A DNA stretch of 64,000 bases from Escherichia coli (GTDB lineage: Bacteria > Pseudomonadota > Gammaproteobacteria > Enterobacterales > Enterobacteriaceae): NCBI RefSeq assembly GCF_036507355.1, contig NZ_AP027877.1; one strand, written 5' to 3'. The position numbers and the translations under genes were made by a program. Shown here one piece after another: positions 40,418-55,256 of this stretch (position 1 is the stretch's first letter; each line of letters begins with the position of its first letter). Below the pieces are notes generated by a model, which was not told the origin of the DNA, ran no database searches, and saw only the letters and a list, made by a program, of their open reading frames with translations.

Positions 40418-42562
40418 TTACTGCTGCTGTGCAGACTGAATCGCAGTCAGCGCGATGGTGTAGACGATATCGTCAACCAGTGCGCCACGGGACAGGTCGT
40501 TAACCGGCTTGCGCATACCCTGCAGCATCGGCCCGATGGAGATCAGGTCGGCAGAACGCTGTACCGCTTTGTAGGTGGTGTTACCGGTGTTCAGATCCGG
40601 GAAGATGAACACGGTAGCGCGACCTGCAACCGGAGAGTTCGGCGCTTTGGATTTCGCAACGTCAGCCATTACCGCAGCGTCGTACTGCAGCGGACCGTCG
40701 ATCATCAGGTCAGGACGTTTTTCCTGCGCCAGACGAGTTGCTTCGCGAACTTTTTCTACGTCGCTACCTGCACCAGAAGTACCGGTGGAGTAGGAGAGCA
40801 TAGCAACGCGCGGTTCGATACCGAAGGCTGCAGCGGAATCAGCGGACTGAATCGCGATTTCTGCCAGCTGTTCTGCGGTCGGATCCGGGTTGATCGCACA
40901 GTCACCGTAAACGTAAACCTGTTCCGGCAGCAGCATGAAGAACACGGAAGATACCAGGGAGCTGCCCGGTGCAGTTTTGATCAGCTGCAGCGGCGGACGG
41001 ATGGTGTTTGCGGTAGTGTGAACAGCACCGGAAACCAGACCATCAACTTCATCCTGTTCCAGCATCAGCGTACCGAGCACCACGTTGTCTTCCAGCTGTT
41101 CGCGGGCAACGGTTTCGGTCATGCCTTTGTTCTTACGCAGCTCGACCAGACGACCAACATAGCTTTCGCGAACCACTTCTGGATCAACGATTTCAATGCC
41201 TGCACCCAGTTCTACACCCTGAGACGCTGCAACACGGTTGATCTCTGCCGGATTACCCAGCAGTACGCAAGTTGCGATACCACGTTCAGCACAGATAGCG
41301 GCTGCTTTAACGGTACGCGGTTCGTCACCTTCCGGCAGTACGATACGTTTGCCCGCTTTGCGCGCAAGTTCAGTCAGCTGATAACGGAACGCTGGCGGAG
41401 ACAGACGACGGCTGCGCTCAGAAGTGGCAGTCAGAGAATCGATCCAGTCAGCGTTGATGTAGTTAGCAACGTATTCCTGAACTTTCTCGATACGCTCGTG
41501 ATCGTCAACTGGAACTTCCAGGTTGAAGCTCTGCAGGCTCAGAGAAGTCTGCCAGGTGTTGGTGTTCACCATAAATACCGGCAGGCCGGTAGCGAAAGCA
41601 CGTTCGCACAGTTTAGAAATGCGCGCGTCCATTTCGTAGCCGCCAGTCAGCAGCAGGGCACCGATTTCTACGCCGTTCATGGCAGCCAGGCAAGCGGCAA
41701 CCAGCACGTCAGGACGGTCTGCGGAAGTCACCAGCAGAGAACCGGCACGGAAGTGCTCCAGCATGTGCGGAATGCTGCGTGCGCAGAAAGTGACGGATTT
41801 AACGCGGCGAGTATTGATGTCGCCTTCGTTGATGATGGTCGCATTCAGGTGGCGAGCCATATCGATCGCACGAGTCGCGATCAGGTCAAAGCTCCACGGC
41901 ACAGCGCCGAGAACCGGCAGCGGGCTGGATTCTTGCAGCTTCGCCGGATCAACATTGTTTACTTTAGCTTTGGAAGAGTCGTCGAAAATCTCGGACAGAT
42001 CCGGGCGAGTACGACCCTGTTCATCAACCGGTGCGTTCAGTTTGTTAACGATAACGCCGGTGATGTTGGTGTTTTTGGCACCGCCGAAGCTGTTGCGGGT
42101 CAGTTCGATACGCTCTTTCAGCTGTTCCGGGGTGTCAGTGCCCTGAGACATAACGAAGACGATTTCCGCATTCAGCGTTTTAGCGATTTCGTAGTTCAGA
42201 GACTGGGCAAACTGGTGCTTACGTGTCGGGACCAGACCTTCAACCAGAACGACTTCAGCGTCTTTGGTGTTAGCGTGGTAGTTTGCGACGATCTCTTCCA
42301 TCAGCACATCTTTCTGATTGCTGGAAAGCAGACCTTCAACGTAGCTCATTTTCAGCGGTTCAGCGGCCGTCGTGGTGGAAGAGTTCGCACGCACGATAGT
42401 CGTAGTCTGATCGGGCGCATCGCCACCGGTACGCGGCTGAGCGATAGGTTTGAAAACGCTCAGACGAACGCCTTTGCGTTCCATTGCACGGATCACGCCA
42501 AGGCTGACGCTGGTCAGACCGACGCTGGTTCCGGTAGGGATCAGCATAATAATACGGGACAC
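40418..42562 (-). CDS. pta: phosphate acetyltransferase
   Basis: 714 aa [35 protein letters not shown]...; matches recalled Pta. Confidence 0.96.
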   Translation of the reverse strand: MSRIIMLIPTGTSVGLTSVSLGVIRAMERKGVRLSVFKPIAQPRTGGDAPDQTTTIVRANSSTTTAAEPLKMSYVEGLLSSNQKDVLMEEIVANYHANTKDAEVVLVEGLVPTRKHQFAQSLNYEIAKTLNAEIVFVMSQGTDTPEQLKERIELTRNSFGGAKNTNITGVIVNKLNAPVDEQGRTRPDLSEIFDDSSKAKVNNVDPAKLQESSPLPVLGAVPWSFDLIATRAIDMARHLNATIINEGDINTRRVKSVTFCARSIPHMLEHFRAGSLLVTSADRPDVLVAACLAAMNGVEIGALLLTGGYEMDARISKLCERAFATGLPVFMVNTNTWQTSLSLQSFNLEVPVDDHERIEKVQEYVANYINADWIDSLTATSERSRRLSPPAFRYQLTELARKAGKRIVLPEGDEPRTVKAAAICAERGIATCVLLGNPAEINRVAASQGVELGAGIEIVDPEVVRESYVGRLVELRKNKGMTETVAREQLEDNVVLGTLMLEQDEVDGLVSGAVHTTANTIRPPLQLIKTAPGSSLVSSVFFMLLPEQVYVYGDCAINPDPTAEQLAEIAIQSADSAAAFGIEPRVAMLSYSTGTSGAGSDVEKVREATRLAQEKRPDLMIDGPLQYDAAVMADVAKSKAPNSPVAGRATVFIFPDLNTGNTTYKAVQRSADLISIGPMLQGMRKPVNDLSRGALVDDIVYTIALTAIQSAQQQ

Positions 42563-42636
42563 GGTTTATCCTCTTTCGTTACCGCCGATTTGGCGGGTTA
42601 CAAAACAGCACCGCCAGCTGAGCTGGCGGTGTGAAA

Positions 42637-43839
42637 TCAGGCAGTCAGGCGGCTCGCGTCTTGCGCGATAACCAGTTCTTCGTTGGTTGGGATAACCATC
42701 GCAGGACGGGTACCTTCTTTGTTGATGAAACCAGATTTGCCGAAACGTGCAGCCAGGTTGCGTTCATGATCAACTTCAAAGCCCAGCACGCCCAGTTTGC
42801 CCAGAGACAGTTCACGAACCATCGCGGCATTTTCACCGATACCACCGGTGAATACAACAGCGTCCAGACGACCATCCATCAGCGCAGTGTAGGCACCGAT
42901 GTATTTCGCCAGGCGGTGGCAGTAAACGTCCATTGCGCGCTTCGCGTCTTCTTTCGTCGCGTAGTTGTCTTCAACATAGCGGCAGTCGCTGGTCACTTCG
43001 GTCAGACCCAGCAGGCCAGACTCTTTGGTCAGCAGTTTGTTGATTGCGTCAACGCTCATGCCCAGGGTGTCGTGCAGGTGGAAGATGATCGCCGGATCGA
43101 TATCACCAGAACGGGTACCCATGACCAGACCTTCCAGCGGGGTCAGGCCCATAGAGGTGTCAACGCATTTACCGTTGCGGATAGCAGAAACGGAACCACC
43201 GTTGCCCAGGTGGCAGGTGATGATGTTCAGTTCTTCTACCGGTTTGTTCAGCATTTTTGCCGCTTCCTGGGTTACATAGAAGTGGCTGGTGCCGTGCGCG
43301 CCGTAACGACGGATGCCGTGCTCTTTGTACAGGTTGTACGGCAGGGCGTAGAGGTAAGACTCTTCCGGCATAGTCTGGTGGAACGCGGTGTCAAATACAG
43401 CAACGTTTTTGTCTTTCAGCTGTGGGAAAGATTTCAGAGCTTCTTCGATACCGATCAGGTGAGCCGGGTTGTGCAGCGGTGCAAAAGAAGCTGCATCTTT
43501 GATACCCTGAATAACAGACTCATCGATCACTACGGAGCTGGTATACTTTTCGCCGCCGTGTACGATACGGTGACCGATAGCAGTCAGCTGCGCAGACAGT
43601 TCTGGTTTTTGTGCCAGAATAGTATTAACGATAAAGTTGAGCGCTTCGCTGTGAGCGGCGCCTGCACCTAAAGCCGCTTCCTGTTTATTGCCGTCCATTT
43701 TCCATTTGATACGTGCTTCGGGCAGGTGGAAACATTCGGCTAAACCAGAAAGGTACTCTTCACCATTTACTGCATCGATGATGGCAAATTTCAGTGAAGA
43801 ACTACCGCAGTTCAGAACCAGTACTAACTTACTCGACAT
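42637..43839 (-). CDS. ackA: acetate kinase
   Basis: 400 aa [26 protein letters not shown]...; matches recalled AckA. Confidence 0.96.
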   Translation of the reverse strand: MSSKLVLVLNCGSSSLKFAIIDAVNGEEYLSGLAECFHLPEARIKWKMDGNKQEAALGAGAAHSEALNFIVNTILAQKPELSAQLTAIGHRIVHGGEKYTSSVVIDESVIQGIKDAASFAPLHNPAHLIGIEEALKSFPQLKDKNVAVFDTAFHQTMPEESYLYALPYNLYKEHGIRRYGAHGTSHFYVTQEAAKMLNKPVEELNIITCHLGNGGSVSAIRNGKCVDTSMGLTPLEGLVMGTRSGDIDPAIIFHLHDTLGMSVDAINKLLTKESGLLGLTEVTSDCRYVEDNYATKEDAKRAMDVYCHRLAKYIGAYTALMDGRLDAVVFTGGIGENAAMVRELSLGKLGVLGFEVDHERNLAARFGKSGFINKEGTRPAMVIPTNEELVIAQDASRLTA

Positions 43840-44176
43840 GGAAGTACCTATAATTGATACGTGGCTAAAAAAACGTCAGGGAGCCATAGAGCGTAGCGCA
43901 TGATGACACCGACATTTATGATTAACATCATGCACTGCAAATTTTTTTTGCATGATGGAAGAAATATCTTGAGTCTATGCCATTTTGCGTAATTTTCAGC
44001 CAATGGCATAATGTATATGAATTTGACGACTCAATGAATATGTACTACTTAGGCCTTCAGGCTGCTAAAGGATACCTGATAGTGGGTATGGAAGACAAAA
44101 TGTTTTGAACGTTGTCCCGCTGAGTTGTGAATTTGCACAAATTTTTGAATCTTTATATGTGAAGTTGAGGTGAAGC

Positions 44177-44632
44177 ATGTCAACGCCGGATAATCGTTCT
44201 GTTAATTTTTTTAGCTTGTTTCGCCGGGGACAGCATTACTCAAAGACGTGGCCGCTGGAAAAACGCCTTGCCCCGGTCTTTGTCGAAAATCGCGTTATCA
44301 AGATGACGCGTTATGCGATCCGTTTTATGCCGCCGATCGCCGTATTTACTCTCTGCTGGCAGATTGCCCTGGGCGGTCAGCTTGGGCCGGCAGTTGCCAC
44401 TGCGCTGTTCGCCTTAAGTTTACCCATGCAGGGATTGTGGTGGCTGGGCAAGCGTTCTGTCACGCCATTACCCCCTGCTATCCTCAACTGGTTTTATGAA
44501 GTTCGCGGTAAATTGCAGGAGTCTGGACAGGTGTTGGCACCCGTTGAAGGCAAGCCTGATTACCAGGCATTAGCTGACACGCTTAAGCGCGCCTTCAAAC
44601 AACTGGATAAAACTTTCCTTGATGATTTGTAA
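44177..44632 (+). CDS. yfbV: UPF0208 inner membrane protein YfbV
   Basis: 151 aa ORF divergent from ackA. Confidence 0.9.
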
Positions 44633-44636
44633 TTGA

Positions 44637-45209
<573 letters not shown>

Positions 45210-45219
45210 GGAGGCCCGC

Positions 45220-45870
45220 GTGCGGTGCAAAGGTTTTCTGTTTGATCTTGATGGAACGCTGGTGGATTCCCTGCCTGCGGTAGAACGGGCGTGGAGCAAC
45301 TGGGCCAGACGTCATGGGTTAGCGCCGGAAGAGGTGCTGGCTTTCATTCACGGTAAACAGGCGATCACCTCTCTGCGCCATTTTATGGCGGGCAAATCCG
45401 AGGCTGATATTGCCGCCGAGTTTACGCGTCTGGAGCAAATCGAGGCCACGGAAACCGAAGGTATTACCGCGCTTCCCGGGGCAATCGCCTTACTCAATCA
45501 TTTGAATAAAGCAGGTATTCCGTGGGCCATTGTGACTTCTGGCTCCATGCCGGTAGCGCGAGCGCGCCATAAAATAGCGGGGCTTCCCGCACCAGAGGTG
45601 TTTGTAACCGCTGAGCGAGTGAAGCGCGGAAAACCAGAACCTGATGCGTATCTGTTAGGCGCGCAGCTGCTGGGGCTTGCGCCGCAGGAGTGTGTGGTGG
45701 TGGAAGATGCTCCCGCTGGCGTGCTTTCTGGCCTGGCGGCGGGTTGCCATGTCATTGCGGTTAACGCTCCGGCAGATACCCCGCGCCTGAATGAGGTCGA
45801 TTTGGTCCTCCACAGTCTGGAGCAAATTACTGTGACCAAACAGCCAAATGGCGATGTTATTATTCAGTGA
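45220..45870 (+). CDS. yfbT: HAD-family sugar phosphatase YfbT (HxpA)
   Basis: GTG start; HAD motif I FLFDLDGTLVDS; 216 aa. Confidence 0.9.
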   Translation: MRCKGFLFDLDGTLVDSLPAVERAWSNWARRHGLAPEEVLAFIHGKQAITSLRHFMAGKSEADIAAEFTRLEQIEATETEGITALPGAIALLNHLNKAGIPWAIVTSGSMPVARARHKIAGLPAPEVFVTAERVKRGKPEPDAYLLGAQLLGLAPQECVVVEDAPAGVLSGLAAGCHVIAVNAPADTPRLNEVDLVLHSLEQITVTKQPNGDVIIQ

Positions 45871-45956
45871 AACACCTGATCATGATTTAGCCCCGTCTCG
45901 TCGGGGCTTTTTTATGGCAGAATCAAGTCATCCCCCTCAATTAACAAGGATAAGTT

Positions 45957-47789
45957 GTGAACGGTGAATTGATTTGGGTTCTTTCATTACTGGCCGTTGC
46001 CATCGTCTTGTTTGCGACGGGCAGAGTGCGTATGGATGCGGTCGCTTTGTTTGTTATTGTCGCGTTTGCATTAAGCGGAACGCTGACAGTCCCCGAAGTA
46101 TTTTCCGGCTTTTCTGATCCTAACGTTGTCCTGATTGCCGCCTTGTTTATTATTGGCGATGGTTTGGTCCGTACCGGTGTTGCTACCGTAATGGGGACAT
46201 GGCTGGTCAAAGTGGCGGGCAACAGTGAAATCAAAATGTTGGTTTTGTTGATGCTGACCGTCGCGGGGCTTGGCGCGTTTATGAGTTCAACCGGCGTTGT
46301 CGCTATCTTTATTCCCGTGGTGTTAAGCGTTGCCATGCGTATGCAAACGTCGCCGTCACGTCTGATGATGCCGTTAAGTTTTGCCGGGCTGATAAGCGGC
46401 ATGATGACGCTGGTGGCGACGCCGCCGAACCTGGTAGTCAACAGTGAATTGCTGCGTGAAGGCTATCACGGCTTCAGTTTCTTTAGCGTAACACCTATTG
46501 GCCTGGTCGTGCTGGTGCTGGGTATTTTGTATATGTTAGTGATGCGTTTCATGCTGAAAGGGGATACCCAGACCCCGCAGCGCGAAGGCTGGACGCGTCG
46601 AACCTTTCGCGATCTTATCCGTGAATATCGACTGACCGGGCGTGCGCGACGTCTGGCTATTCGCCCCGGATCGCCAATGATTGGTCAACGGCTGGATGAT
46701 CTCAAATTACGTGAGCGTTATGGCGCTAACGTCATCGGTGTTGAACGCTGGCGGCGTTTTCGTCGCGTTATCGTGAACGTTAATGGGGTTTCTGAATTTC
46801 GCGCGCGTGACGTTTTGCTTATTGATATGTCTGCGGCTGATATCGATCTCCGGCAATTTTGTAGTGAGCAATTGCTGGAGCCGATGGTACTGCGCGGCGA
46901 GTATTTTTCTGACCAGGCCCTTGATGTGGGCATGGCAGAGATTTCATTAATTCCTGAGTCAGAACTGATTGGTAAATCGGTGCGCGAAATTGGTTTTCGT
47001 ACCCGCTACGGACTGAATGTGGTGGGGCTAAAGCGGAATGGCGTGGCGCTGGAAGGTTCTCTGGCGGATGAGCCTCTGCTGCTGGGCGATATCATCCTGG
47101 TTGTGGGTAACTGGAAACTGATCGGTATGCTGGCCAAACAGGGCCGCGACTTCGTAGCGCTGAACTTACCGGAAGAGGTGAGTGAAGCATCGCCCGCGCA
47201 CAGCCAGGCACCCCATGCCATTTTCTGTCTGGTGCTAATGGTGGCGTTAATGCTGACAGATGAAATTCCTAATCCTGTTGCCGCTATCATCGCCTGCCTG
47301 CTGATGGGGAAATTCCGCTGTATAGATGCTGAAAGCGCCTATAAATCCATTCACTGGCCGAGCATTATTTTGATCGTTGGGATGATGCCGTTTGCTGTGG
47401 CATTACAGAAAACGGGAGGTGTCGCGCTGGCGGTGAAAGGGCTGATGGACATTGGCGGTGGTTACGGGCCACATATGATGCTGGGTTGTTTGTTTGTCTT
47501 GTCGGCGGTTATTGGGCTATTTATCTCTAATACCGCGACGGCGGTGTTGATGGCTCCGATTGCGCTGGCTGCTGCCAAAACGATGGGTGTGTCGCCTTAT
47601 CCATTCGCGATGGTCGTGGCGATGGCAGCATCCGCCGCCTTTATGACACCGGTTTCTTCACCGGTTAACACCCTGGTTTTAGGTCCGGGAAATTACAGCT
47701 TCAGTGACTTTGTGAAGTTGGGGGTACCGTTCACCATTATCGTGATGGCGGTTTGTGTGGTGATGATCCCGATGCTGTTTCCGTTTTGA
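45957..47789 (+). CDS. yfbS: putative transporter YfbS with TrkA-C domains
   Basis: 610 aa ORF with hydrophobic N- and C-terminal domains and a central soluble domain. Confidence 0.9.
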   Translation: MNGELIWVLSLLAVAIVLFATGRVRMDAVALFVIVAFALSGTLTVPEVFSGFSDPNVVLIAALFIIGDGLVRTGVATVMGTWLVKVAGNSEIKMLVLLMLTVAGLGAFMSSTGVVAIFIPVVLSVAMRMQTSPSRLMMPLSFAGLISGMMTLVATPPNLVVNSELLREGYHGFSFFSVTPIGLVVLVLGILYMLVMRFMLKGDTQTPQREGWTRRTFRDLIREYRLTGRARRLAIRPGSPMIGQRLDDLKLRERYGANVIGVERWRRFRRVIVNVNGVSEFRARDVLLIDMSAADIDLRQFCSEQLLEPMVLRGEYFSDQALDVGMAEISLIPESELIGKSVREIGFRTRYGLNVVGLKRNGVALEGSLADEPLLLGDIILVVGNWKLIGMLAKQGRDFVALNLPEEVSEASPAHSQAPHAIFCLVLMVALMLTDEIPNPVAAIIACLLMGKFRCIDAESAYKSIHWPSIILIVGMMPFAVALQKTGGVALAVKGLMDIGGGYGPHMMLGCLFVLSAVIGLFISNTATAVLMAPIALAAAKTMGVSPYPFAMVVAMAASAAFMTPVSSPVNTLVLGPGNYSFSDFVKLGVPFTIIVMAVCVVMIPMLFPF

Positions 47790-47793
47790 CAAG

Positions 47794-47842
47794 AGCCTGA
47801 TGTCGCATCCGGCGCTTATTGCCTGATGCGACGCAGACTCCA
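47794..47842. repeat. REP-like palindromic unit between convergent yfbS and yfbR
   Basis: gcctgatgtcgcatccggc...gcctgatgcgacgc motifs. Confidence 0.6.
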
Positions 47843-47847
47843 GCTGC

Positions 47848-48447
47848 TTACAGCGGTGAATCCTGGCTAATCTCATCGAGCGAAAGATGGAAGCTGGGAA
47901 TAAATACTTCCATGAAGTAGTCCATCTCCTGGCTGCGGCGCGCTTCAAGCGTCGCTTCCAGTCGCGTTTTTGCCAGCAAGAATTCATTATTTCCCGCCGC
48001 GAGTTCTTCCAGACATTTCAGATATGCACACAGTGCATCTGCCTGTTTCACCAACGATTTTTCTTCATCGCTATATGCATGCTCGTCAATTAACGGCGCA
48101 AAGATATCCTGCAGCTCTTCCGGAACCATATCGACCAGTTTTTGCTGAGCGATTTTTTCAATAGCCTTGTATTCCTGAGCGATTTGCGAATTGAAGTATT
48201 TCACCGGAGTAGGGAGATCGCCGGTGAGCACTTCTGAAGCATCGTGGTACATCGCCAGTAAAGCGATACGTTCGGCGTTGACATTACCGCCAAATTTACG
48301 ATTTTTGATAGCTGCCAGCGCATGGGCGACCATCGCTACCTGCAAACTGTGTTCGGACACATTTTCCGTCCGCACGTTGCGCATTAGCGGCCAGCGGTTA
48401 ATGAGTTTCAGGCGGGAGAGATGGGCAAAAAAATGGCTCTGTTTCAT
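47848..48447 (-). CDS. yfbR: 5'-deoxynucleotidase YfbR (HD domain)
   Basis: 199 aa ORF with HD motif ([22 protein letters not shown]). Confidence 0.92.
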   Translation of the reverse strand: MKQSHFFAHLSRLKLINRWPLMRNVRTENVSEHSLQVAMVAHALAAIKNRKFGGNVNAERIALLAMYHDASEVLTGDLPTPVKYFNSQIAQEYKAIEKIAQQKLVDMVPEELQDIFAPLIDEHAYSDEEKSLVKQADALCAYLKCLEELAAGNNEFLLAKTRLEATLEARRSQEMDYFMEVFIPSFHLSLDEISQDSPL

Positions 48448-48530
48448 AGTGACCTTACGTATGATGACATCATCAGGTCATTGTGGCGGGATAACACTGC
48501 CGGATGCAATCTCCGGCAGTGAAATTAAGA

Positions 48531-49748
48531 TTACAGCTGATGATAACCAGAAAGGAAACGCGCGAACTTGCTCAAAGACAGCTCGATATCATCGACACGC
48601 GGTAGCGTGACAATGCGGAAGTGATCCGGCCACGGCCAGTTGAATGCCGTCCCTTGCACCAACAGAACTTTTTCCTGCAACAGGAAATCCAGCACCATTT
48701 TCTGATCGTCGTGAATGTTAAAGCGTTTGGCGTCGATTTTCGGGAACATGTACAGCGCACCACGAGGTTTCACGCAGGAAACGCCCGGAATATCGTTGAT
48801 CAATTCCCACGCGCGGTTACGCTGCTCATAAAGACGACCGCCAGGGGTAATAAATTCACTGATGCTCTGATAACCACCCAGCGCGGTCTGAATGGCGTGT
48901 TGCGCAGGAACGTTAGCACACAGGCGCATTGAAGCCAGCATTTCCAGACCTTCGATGTAGCCTTTGGCGTGTTTTTTCGGCCCGTTCAACACCATCCACC
49001 CCTGACGGAAGCCTGCAACGCGGTACGTTTTCGACAGTCCATTAAAGGTAATGGTCAGCAGGTCAGGTGCCAGCGGCGCAATTGAGTGATGCTCAGCGTC
49101 GTCGTAGAGAATTTTGTCATAAATTTCATCGGCGAAGATAATGAGATTATGCTGACGTGCAATCTCCACAATCTCCATTAAAAGCTCTTTGGAATATACC
49201 GCGCCGGTTGGGTTATTTGGGTTGATAATAACGATCCCACGCGTACGAGGCGTAATTTTAGCGCGAATATCATCGAGGTCCGGGAACCAGTCAGAGGATT
49301 CATCGCAAAGATAATGCACCGCTTTACCGCTGGAAAGCGAAACCGCCGCGGTCCATAGTGGGTAATCTGGTGCAGGAACCAACATTTCGTCCCCGCTGTT
49401 CAGCAATGCCTGCATTGCCTGAACGATAAGCTCCGATACACCATTGCCGATGTAAATATCTTCCACGGTAACATCACGCATGCCACGAGCCTGATAGTGC
49501 TGCATGATGGCTTTACGCGCGGAGTAAAGACCTTTGGAATCGCAATACCCTTGAGCGGTAGGCAGGTTGCGTATCACGTCAACAAGGATTTCATCTGGCG
49601 CGTCAAAACCGAACGGGGCTGGGTTGCCGATGTTCAGTTTCAGTACCTTGTTACCTTCTTCTTCCAGGCGTTTTGCTTCTTTCAGCACCGGACCACGGAT
49701 GTCATAACAGACATTCTCTAATTTGCTGGATTTTTCAATGGGGGACAT
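48531..49748 (-). CDS. alaA: glutamate-pyruvate aminotransferase AlaA
   Basis: 405 aa PLP aminotransferase ORF MSPIEKSSKLENVCYDIRGPVLKEAKRLEEEGNKVLKLNIGNP. Confidence 0.94.
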   Translation of the reverse strand: MSPIEKSSKLENVCYDIRGPVLKEAKRLEEEGNKVLKLNIGNPAPFGFDAPDEILVDVIRNLPTAQGYCDSKGLYSARKAIMQHYQARGMRDVTVEDIYIGNGVSELIVQAMQALLNSGDEMLVPAPDYPLWTAAVSLSSGKAVHYLCDESSDWFPDLDDIRAKITPRTRGIVIINPNNPTGAVYSKELLMEIVEIARQHNLIIFADEIYDKILYDDAEHHSIAPLAPDLLTITFNGLSKTYRVAGFRQGWMVLNGPKKHAKGYIEGLEMLASMRLCANVPAQHAIQTALGGYQSISEFITPGGRLYEQRNRAWELINDIPGVSCVKPRGALYMFPKIDAKRFNIHDDQKMVLDFLLQEKVLLVQGTAFNWPWPDHFRIVTLPRVDDIELSLSKFARFLSGYHQL

Positions 49749-50664
49749 GAATCTTGACCTTTTTTGCTGTTATCGCCACTCCCTGCCGTGGAAGTCAGCT
49801 TAGAACAATGTACTCCCCCAGGACGGTGTTTTGAAGGTCTGCAGAATAAGATTTTGCCAGAGGGGAAGGCTCGATTGTGCTGTTAATAACTTAATAATGA
49901 CAAAATAATGAGGTGTATATGCTTTACATGCAATGTTATATAGTGAATTGTTCTGATTCTTAATTGTAAGTCTGGTTTTTTTATCTGTAAGATAATTGTG
50001 TGAAAATGCCTCATTTAAGAATTCACTAATGAAACGCGATGATGATATTTCCGCATTACGGAGAGTTTAACAGCGTGATGATTTCCGAGGTGTCGCAATG
50101 GGGGCAATGTGTGAAACTATTGTTAAGCGGAATTAATGAATGAGGATGATGCTAATTAATTATTATTTAATATTCAAAAAGGTTTTGATGTGCTTATTAA
50201 TAATAGAAGATTACTTTGCCTAACATAACATAACTTTGCATCAGATAATTCGCAATGACCCTTATAAATAAAAGGTTTTTGGGGTAAAATGCTCGCATAA
50301 ATGACGGATCCCTGCTCTTGATGCCGCCTCACCATTGCTGTTTGTACGTGTTCGCGTATGACCAGCGATGCTGCACGAGAGTGGAACAAGGACTCACATT
50401 TACATTTATACAAACACGCGCATGTCATAAATAGAAAAGAGTGAGTAACTTAATAGATATGCGATCCCTGAAGATATATTCTGTGATCTACTTCAGGCAT
50501 TATAACGGAACAATGTGAGTCGCTTTTTTAGTGCAACTCATATGCATTTTTACTTTCGTCCGGGTTCCGGATGAAACTGCCAGGGAGGCACATTACAAAT
50601 GGAATTGCTTGTTTGTGTGTGCACAGCATTAACCAGCTCAGTATGAGCCGCCAGTAAGTGATAA

Positions 50665-51606
<942 letters not shown>

Positions 51607-51650
51607 TCGACGGACGATAGATAATTCCTGAGACAATAGTGTAAAAAACG

Positions 51651-51689
51651 AGCCGCTGGGGGTGTTTTAAACCCCAGCGGCTTTTTTTT
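51651..51689 (+). terminator. rho-independent terminator after lrhA
   Basis: Hairpin agccgctggggg...ccccagcggct followed by a T8 run. Confidence 0.7.
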
Positions 51690-52236
51690 AGTAAAGAACC
51701 TTCTTCACATCGTGCAGAACGTACAAAACTGTTCATTTTTCAATCACCAGAGATTCACGCCCCGTACGCACAAATAATCGCCTGAAAAAAATCACCTGCT
51801 ACAATGATGTTAAAAAATACGTAAATTTGTTGCTGCGTTTTTGTTATGGAATGACAAAAGCGTGTCACAGATCAAGAAAATACTCTCTTTTGGGGGGAGG
51901 AATCGACACAAATTCCTGTCAAAATAGACCCGTATTTTTTCCATTGCTTCACAACGGACACGATTCAACAACATCTAATTATCCTGGAGTCGTCAAGGAT
52001 CTGGGGTGAAAGGGCATTAAATGCTAATGGTGTTGATATTATGTAAACTAATGTGAAGAAACTTTTGTTAAAGTTGACAAAAGGTTATAGAAAGGAGTAA
52101 AAGACCACATCAATTAGCTGTATAAAAGAATTTCTACAGTGATTGTAAGGTTTTTTTTATTCCTCCCCATGAATCGATGTGGCGTCCATCTGCCGTGAAG
52201 AGCAGTGAATCTGGCGCTACTTTTGATGAGTAAGCA

Positions 52237-52680
52237 ATGAGTATGTCAACATCCACTGAAGTCATCGCTCATCACTGGGCATTCGCTATCTTTCTTATCG
52301 TTGCCATTGGCCTGTGTTGCCTGATGCTGGTAGGCGGTTGGTTTTTAGGCGGTCGCGCACGCGCGAGGTCGAAAAACGTGCCGTTTGAATCCGGTATCGA
52401 CTCGGTCGGCTCCGCCCGCTTACGCCTGTCCGCCAAGTTTTATCTGGTGGCCATGTTCTTCGTTATCTTCGACGTTGAAGCGCTGTATCTGTTCGCATGG
52501 TCAACCTCTATCCGCGAAAGCGGCTGGGTAGGCTTTGTGGAAGCTGCAATTTTTATTTTTGTGTTACTGGCAGGTCTGGTTTATCTGGTGCGTATTGGCG
52601 CGCTGGACTGGACGCCCGCGCGTTCACGCCGCGAGCGTATGAACCCGGAAACGAACAGTATCGCTAATCGTCAACGCTAA
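52237..52680 (+). CDS. nuoA: NADH-quinone oxidoreductase subunit A
   Basis: 147 aa membrane ORF, first gene of the nuo operon. Confidence 0.96.
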
Positions 52681-52695
52681 CCGCGAGGCATTAAG

Positions 52696-53358
52696 ATGGA
52701 TTATACGCTCACCCGCATAGATCCCAACGGTGAGAACGACCGTTACCCCCTGCAAAAGCAGGAGATCGTAACCGACCCTCTGGAGCAAGAAGTTAACAAA
52801 AACGTGTTTATGGGCAAGCTCAATGACATGGTTAACTGGGGTCGTAAAAACTCAATTTGGCCGTATAACTTCGGTCTTTCCTGCTGTTACGTTGAGATGG
52901 TGACTTCGTTTACCGCGGTGCATGACGTGGCGCGTTTTGGCGCAGAAGTATTGCGTGCTTCGCCGCGTCAGGCTGACCTGATGGTGGTTGCAGGAACCTG
53001 CTTTACCAAAATGGCACCGGTTATTCAGCGTCTGTATGACCAGATGCTGGAACCAAAATGGGTTATCTCAATGGGTGCCTGTGCCAACTCTGGTGGTATG
53101 TACGATATTTATTCCGTTGTGCAGGGCGTCGATAAATTCATCCCGGTTGATGTGTATATCCCGGGCTGCCCGCCGCGTCCTGAAGCGTACATGCAGGCAC
53201 TGATGCTGTTGCAGGAATCTATCGGCAAAGAACGTCGTCCGCTCTCCTGGGTGGTTGGCGATCAGGGCGTTTATCGCGCCAATATGCAATCAGAGCGCGA
53301 ACGCAAGCGCGGTGAACGCATTGCCGTAACCAACCTGCGTACACCTGACGAGATTTAA
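52696..53358 (+). CDS. nuoB: NADH-quinone oxidoreductase subunit B
   Basis: 220 aa ORF with Fe-S cysteine motifs (CCYVEM, GCPPRP). Confidence 0.96.
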
Positions 53359-53463
53359 TTTGCGCCTGTCGGCAAAGGGATTTTTCTTCGCTTATTCCTA
53401 AATCTATTTCGCGAAGCTTACTGCGCCGACAGTCACCACGGACCATTTGCAATGGTGAACAAT

Positions 53464-55254
53464 ATGACCGACTTAACCGCGCAAGAACCCGCCTGGCAGA
53501 CCCGCGATCATCTTGATGATCCGGTAATTGGCGAACTGCGCAACCGTTTTGGGCCGGATGCCTTTACTGTTCAGGCGACTCGCACCGGGGTTCCCGTTGT
53601 GTGGATCAAGCGTGAACAATTACTGGAAGTTGGCGATTTCTTAAAGAAACTGCCGAAACCTTACGTCATGCTGTTTGACTTACACGGCATGGACGAACGT
53701 CTGCGCACACACCGCGAAGGGTTACCTGCCGCGGATTTTTCCGTTTTCTACCATCTGATTTCTATCGATCGTAACCGCGACATCATGCTGAAGGTGGCGC
53801 TGGCAGAAAACGACCTGCACGTACCGACCTTCACCAAACTGTTCCCGAACGCTAACTGGTATGAGCGTGAAACCTGGGATCTGTTTGGCATTACATTCGA
53901 CGGTCACCCGAACCTGCGCCGAATCATGATGCCGCAAACCTGGAAAGGTCACCCGCTGCGTAAAGATTACCCGGCGCGCGCTACCGAATTCTCGCCGTTT
54001 GAGCTGACCAAAGCCAAACAGGATCTGGAGATGGAAGCCCTGACCTTCAAACCGGAAGAGTGGGGGATGAAGCGCGGCACCGAAAACGAGGACTTCATGT
54101 TCCTCAACCTCGGTCCGAACCACCCGTCGGCGCACGGTGCTTTCCGTATCGTTTTGCAGCTCGATGGCGAAGAGATTGTCGACTGCGTACCAGACATCGG
54201 CTACCACCACCGTGGTGCGGAGAAAATGGGCGAACGCCAGTCCTGGCACAGCTACATTCCGTATACCGACCGTATCGAATACCTCGGCGGCTGCGTTAAC
54301 GAAATGCCTTACGTGCTGGCGGTAGAGAAACTGGCCGGGATCACCGTGCCGGATCGCGTTAACGTCATTCGCGTAATGCTCTCCGAACTGTTCCGCATCA
54401 ACAGCCACCTGCTGTATATCTCGACCTTTATTCAGGACGTCGGCGCAATGACGCCCGTGTTCTTCGCCTTTACCGATCGTCAGAAAATTTACGATCTGGT
54501 GGAAGCGATCACGGGTTTCCGTATGCACCCGGCGTGGTTCCGTATTGGCGGCGTAGCGCACGACCTGCCGCGCGGCTGGGATCGTCTGCTGCGTGAGTTC
54601 CTCGACTGGATGCCGAAACGTCTGGCGTCTTACGAGAAAGCGGCGCTGCAAAATACCATTCTGAAAGGTCGTTCCCAGGGCGTTGCCGCCTATGGCGCGA
54701 AAGAGGCGCTGGAGTGGGGCACCACTGGCGCGGGCCTGCGTGCTACCGGGATCGACTTCGACGTGCGTAAGGCGCGTCCTTATTCTGGCTATGAAAACTT
54801 CGACTTTGAAATCCCGGTTGGTGGTGGTGTTTCTGACTGCTACACCCGCGTAATGCTGAAAGTGGAAGAGCTGCGCCAGAGTCTGCGCATTCTTGAGCAG
54901 TGCCTCAACAACATGCCGGAAGGCCCGTTCAAAGCGGATCACCCGCTGACCACGCCACCGCCGAAAGAGCGCACGCTGCAACATATCGAAACCCTGATCA
55001 CCCACTTCCTGCAAGTGTCGTGGGGGCCGGTGATGCCTGCCAATGAATCTTTCCAGATGATTGAGGCGACCAAGGGGATCAACAGTTACTACCTGACCAG
55101 CGACGGTAGCACCATGAGTTATCGCACTCGTATCCGCACGCCGAGTTATGCGCATTTGCAGCAAATTCCGGCGGCGATCCGCGGCAGCCTGGTGTCTGAC
55201 CTGATTGTTTATCTGGGCAGTATCGATTTTGTTATGTCAGATGTGGACCGCTAA
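53464..55254 (+). CDS. nuoC: NADH-quinone oxidoreductase subunit C/D (fused)
   Basis: Start placed at [12 protein letters not shown] (596 aa); ORF track starts 4 codons upstream. Confidence 0.95.
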
Positions 55255-55256
55255 TT

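Noticed and set aside
40364-42634. 756-aa ORF on the plus strand
   Set aside because: Entirely antisense to pta, which has a clear enzyme-like translation; the antisense frame is low-complexity (R/G/V/T-rich) as expected for the reverse strand of a GC-rich, codon-biased gene.
42631-43671. 346-aa ORF on the plus strand
   Set aside because: Antisense to ackA; spurious open frame.
53722-55164. 480-aa ORF on the minus strand
   Set aside because: Antisense to nuoC; same reasoning. The same applies to 57426-58424 (antisense to nuoG) and 62554-63723 (antisense to nuoL).
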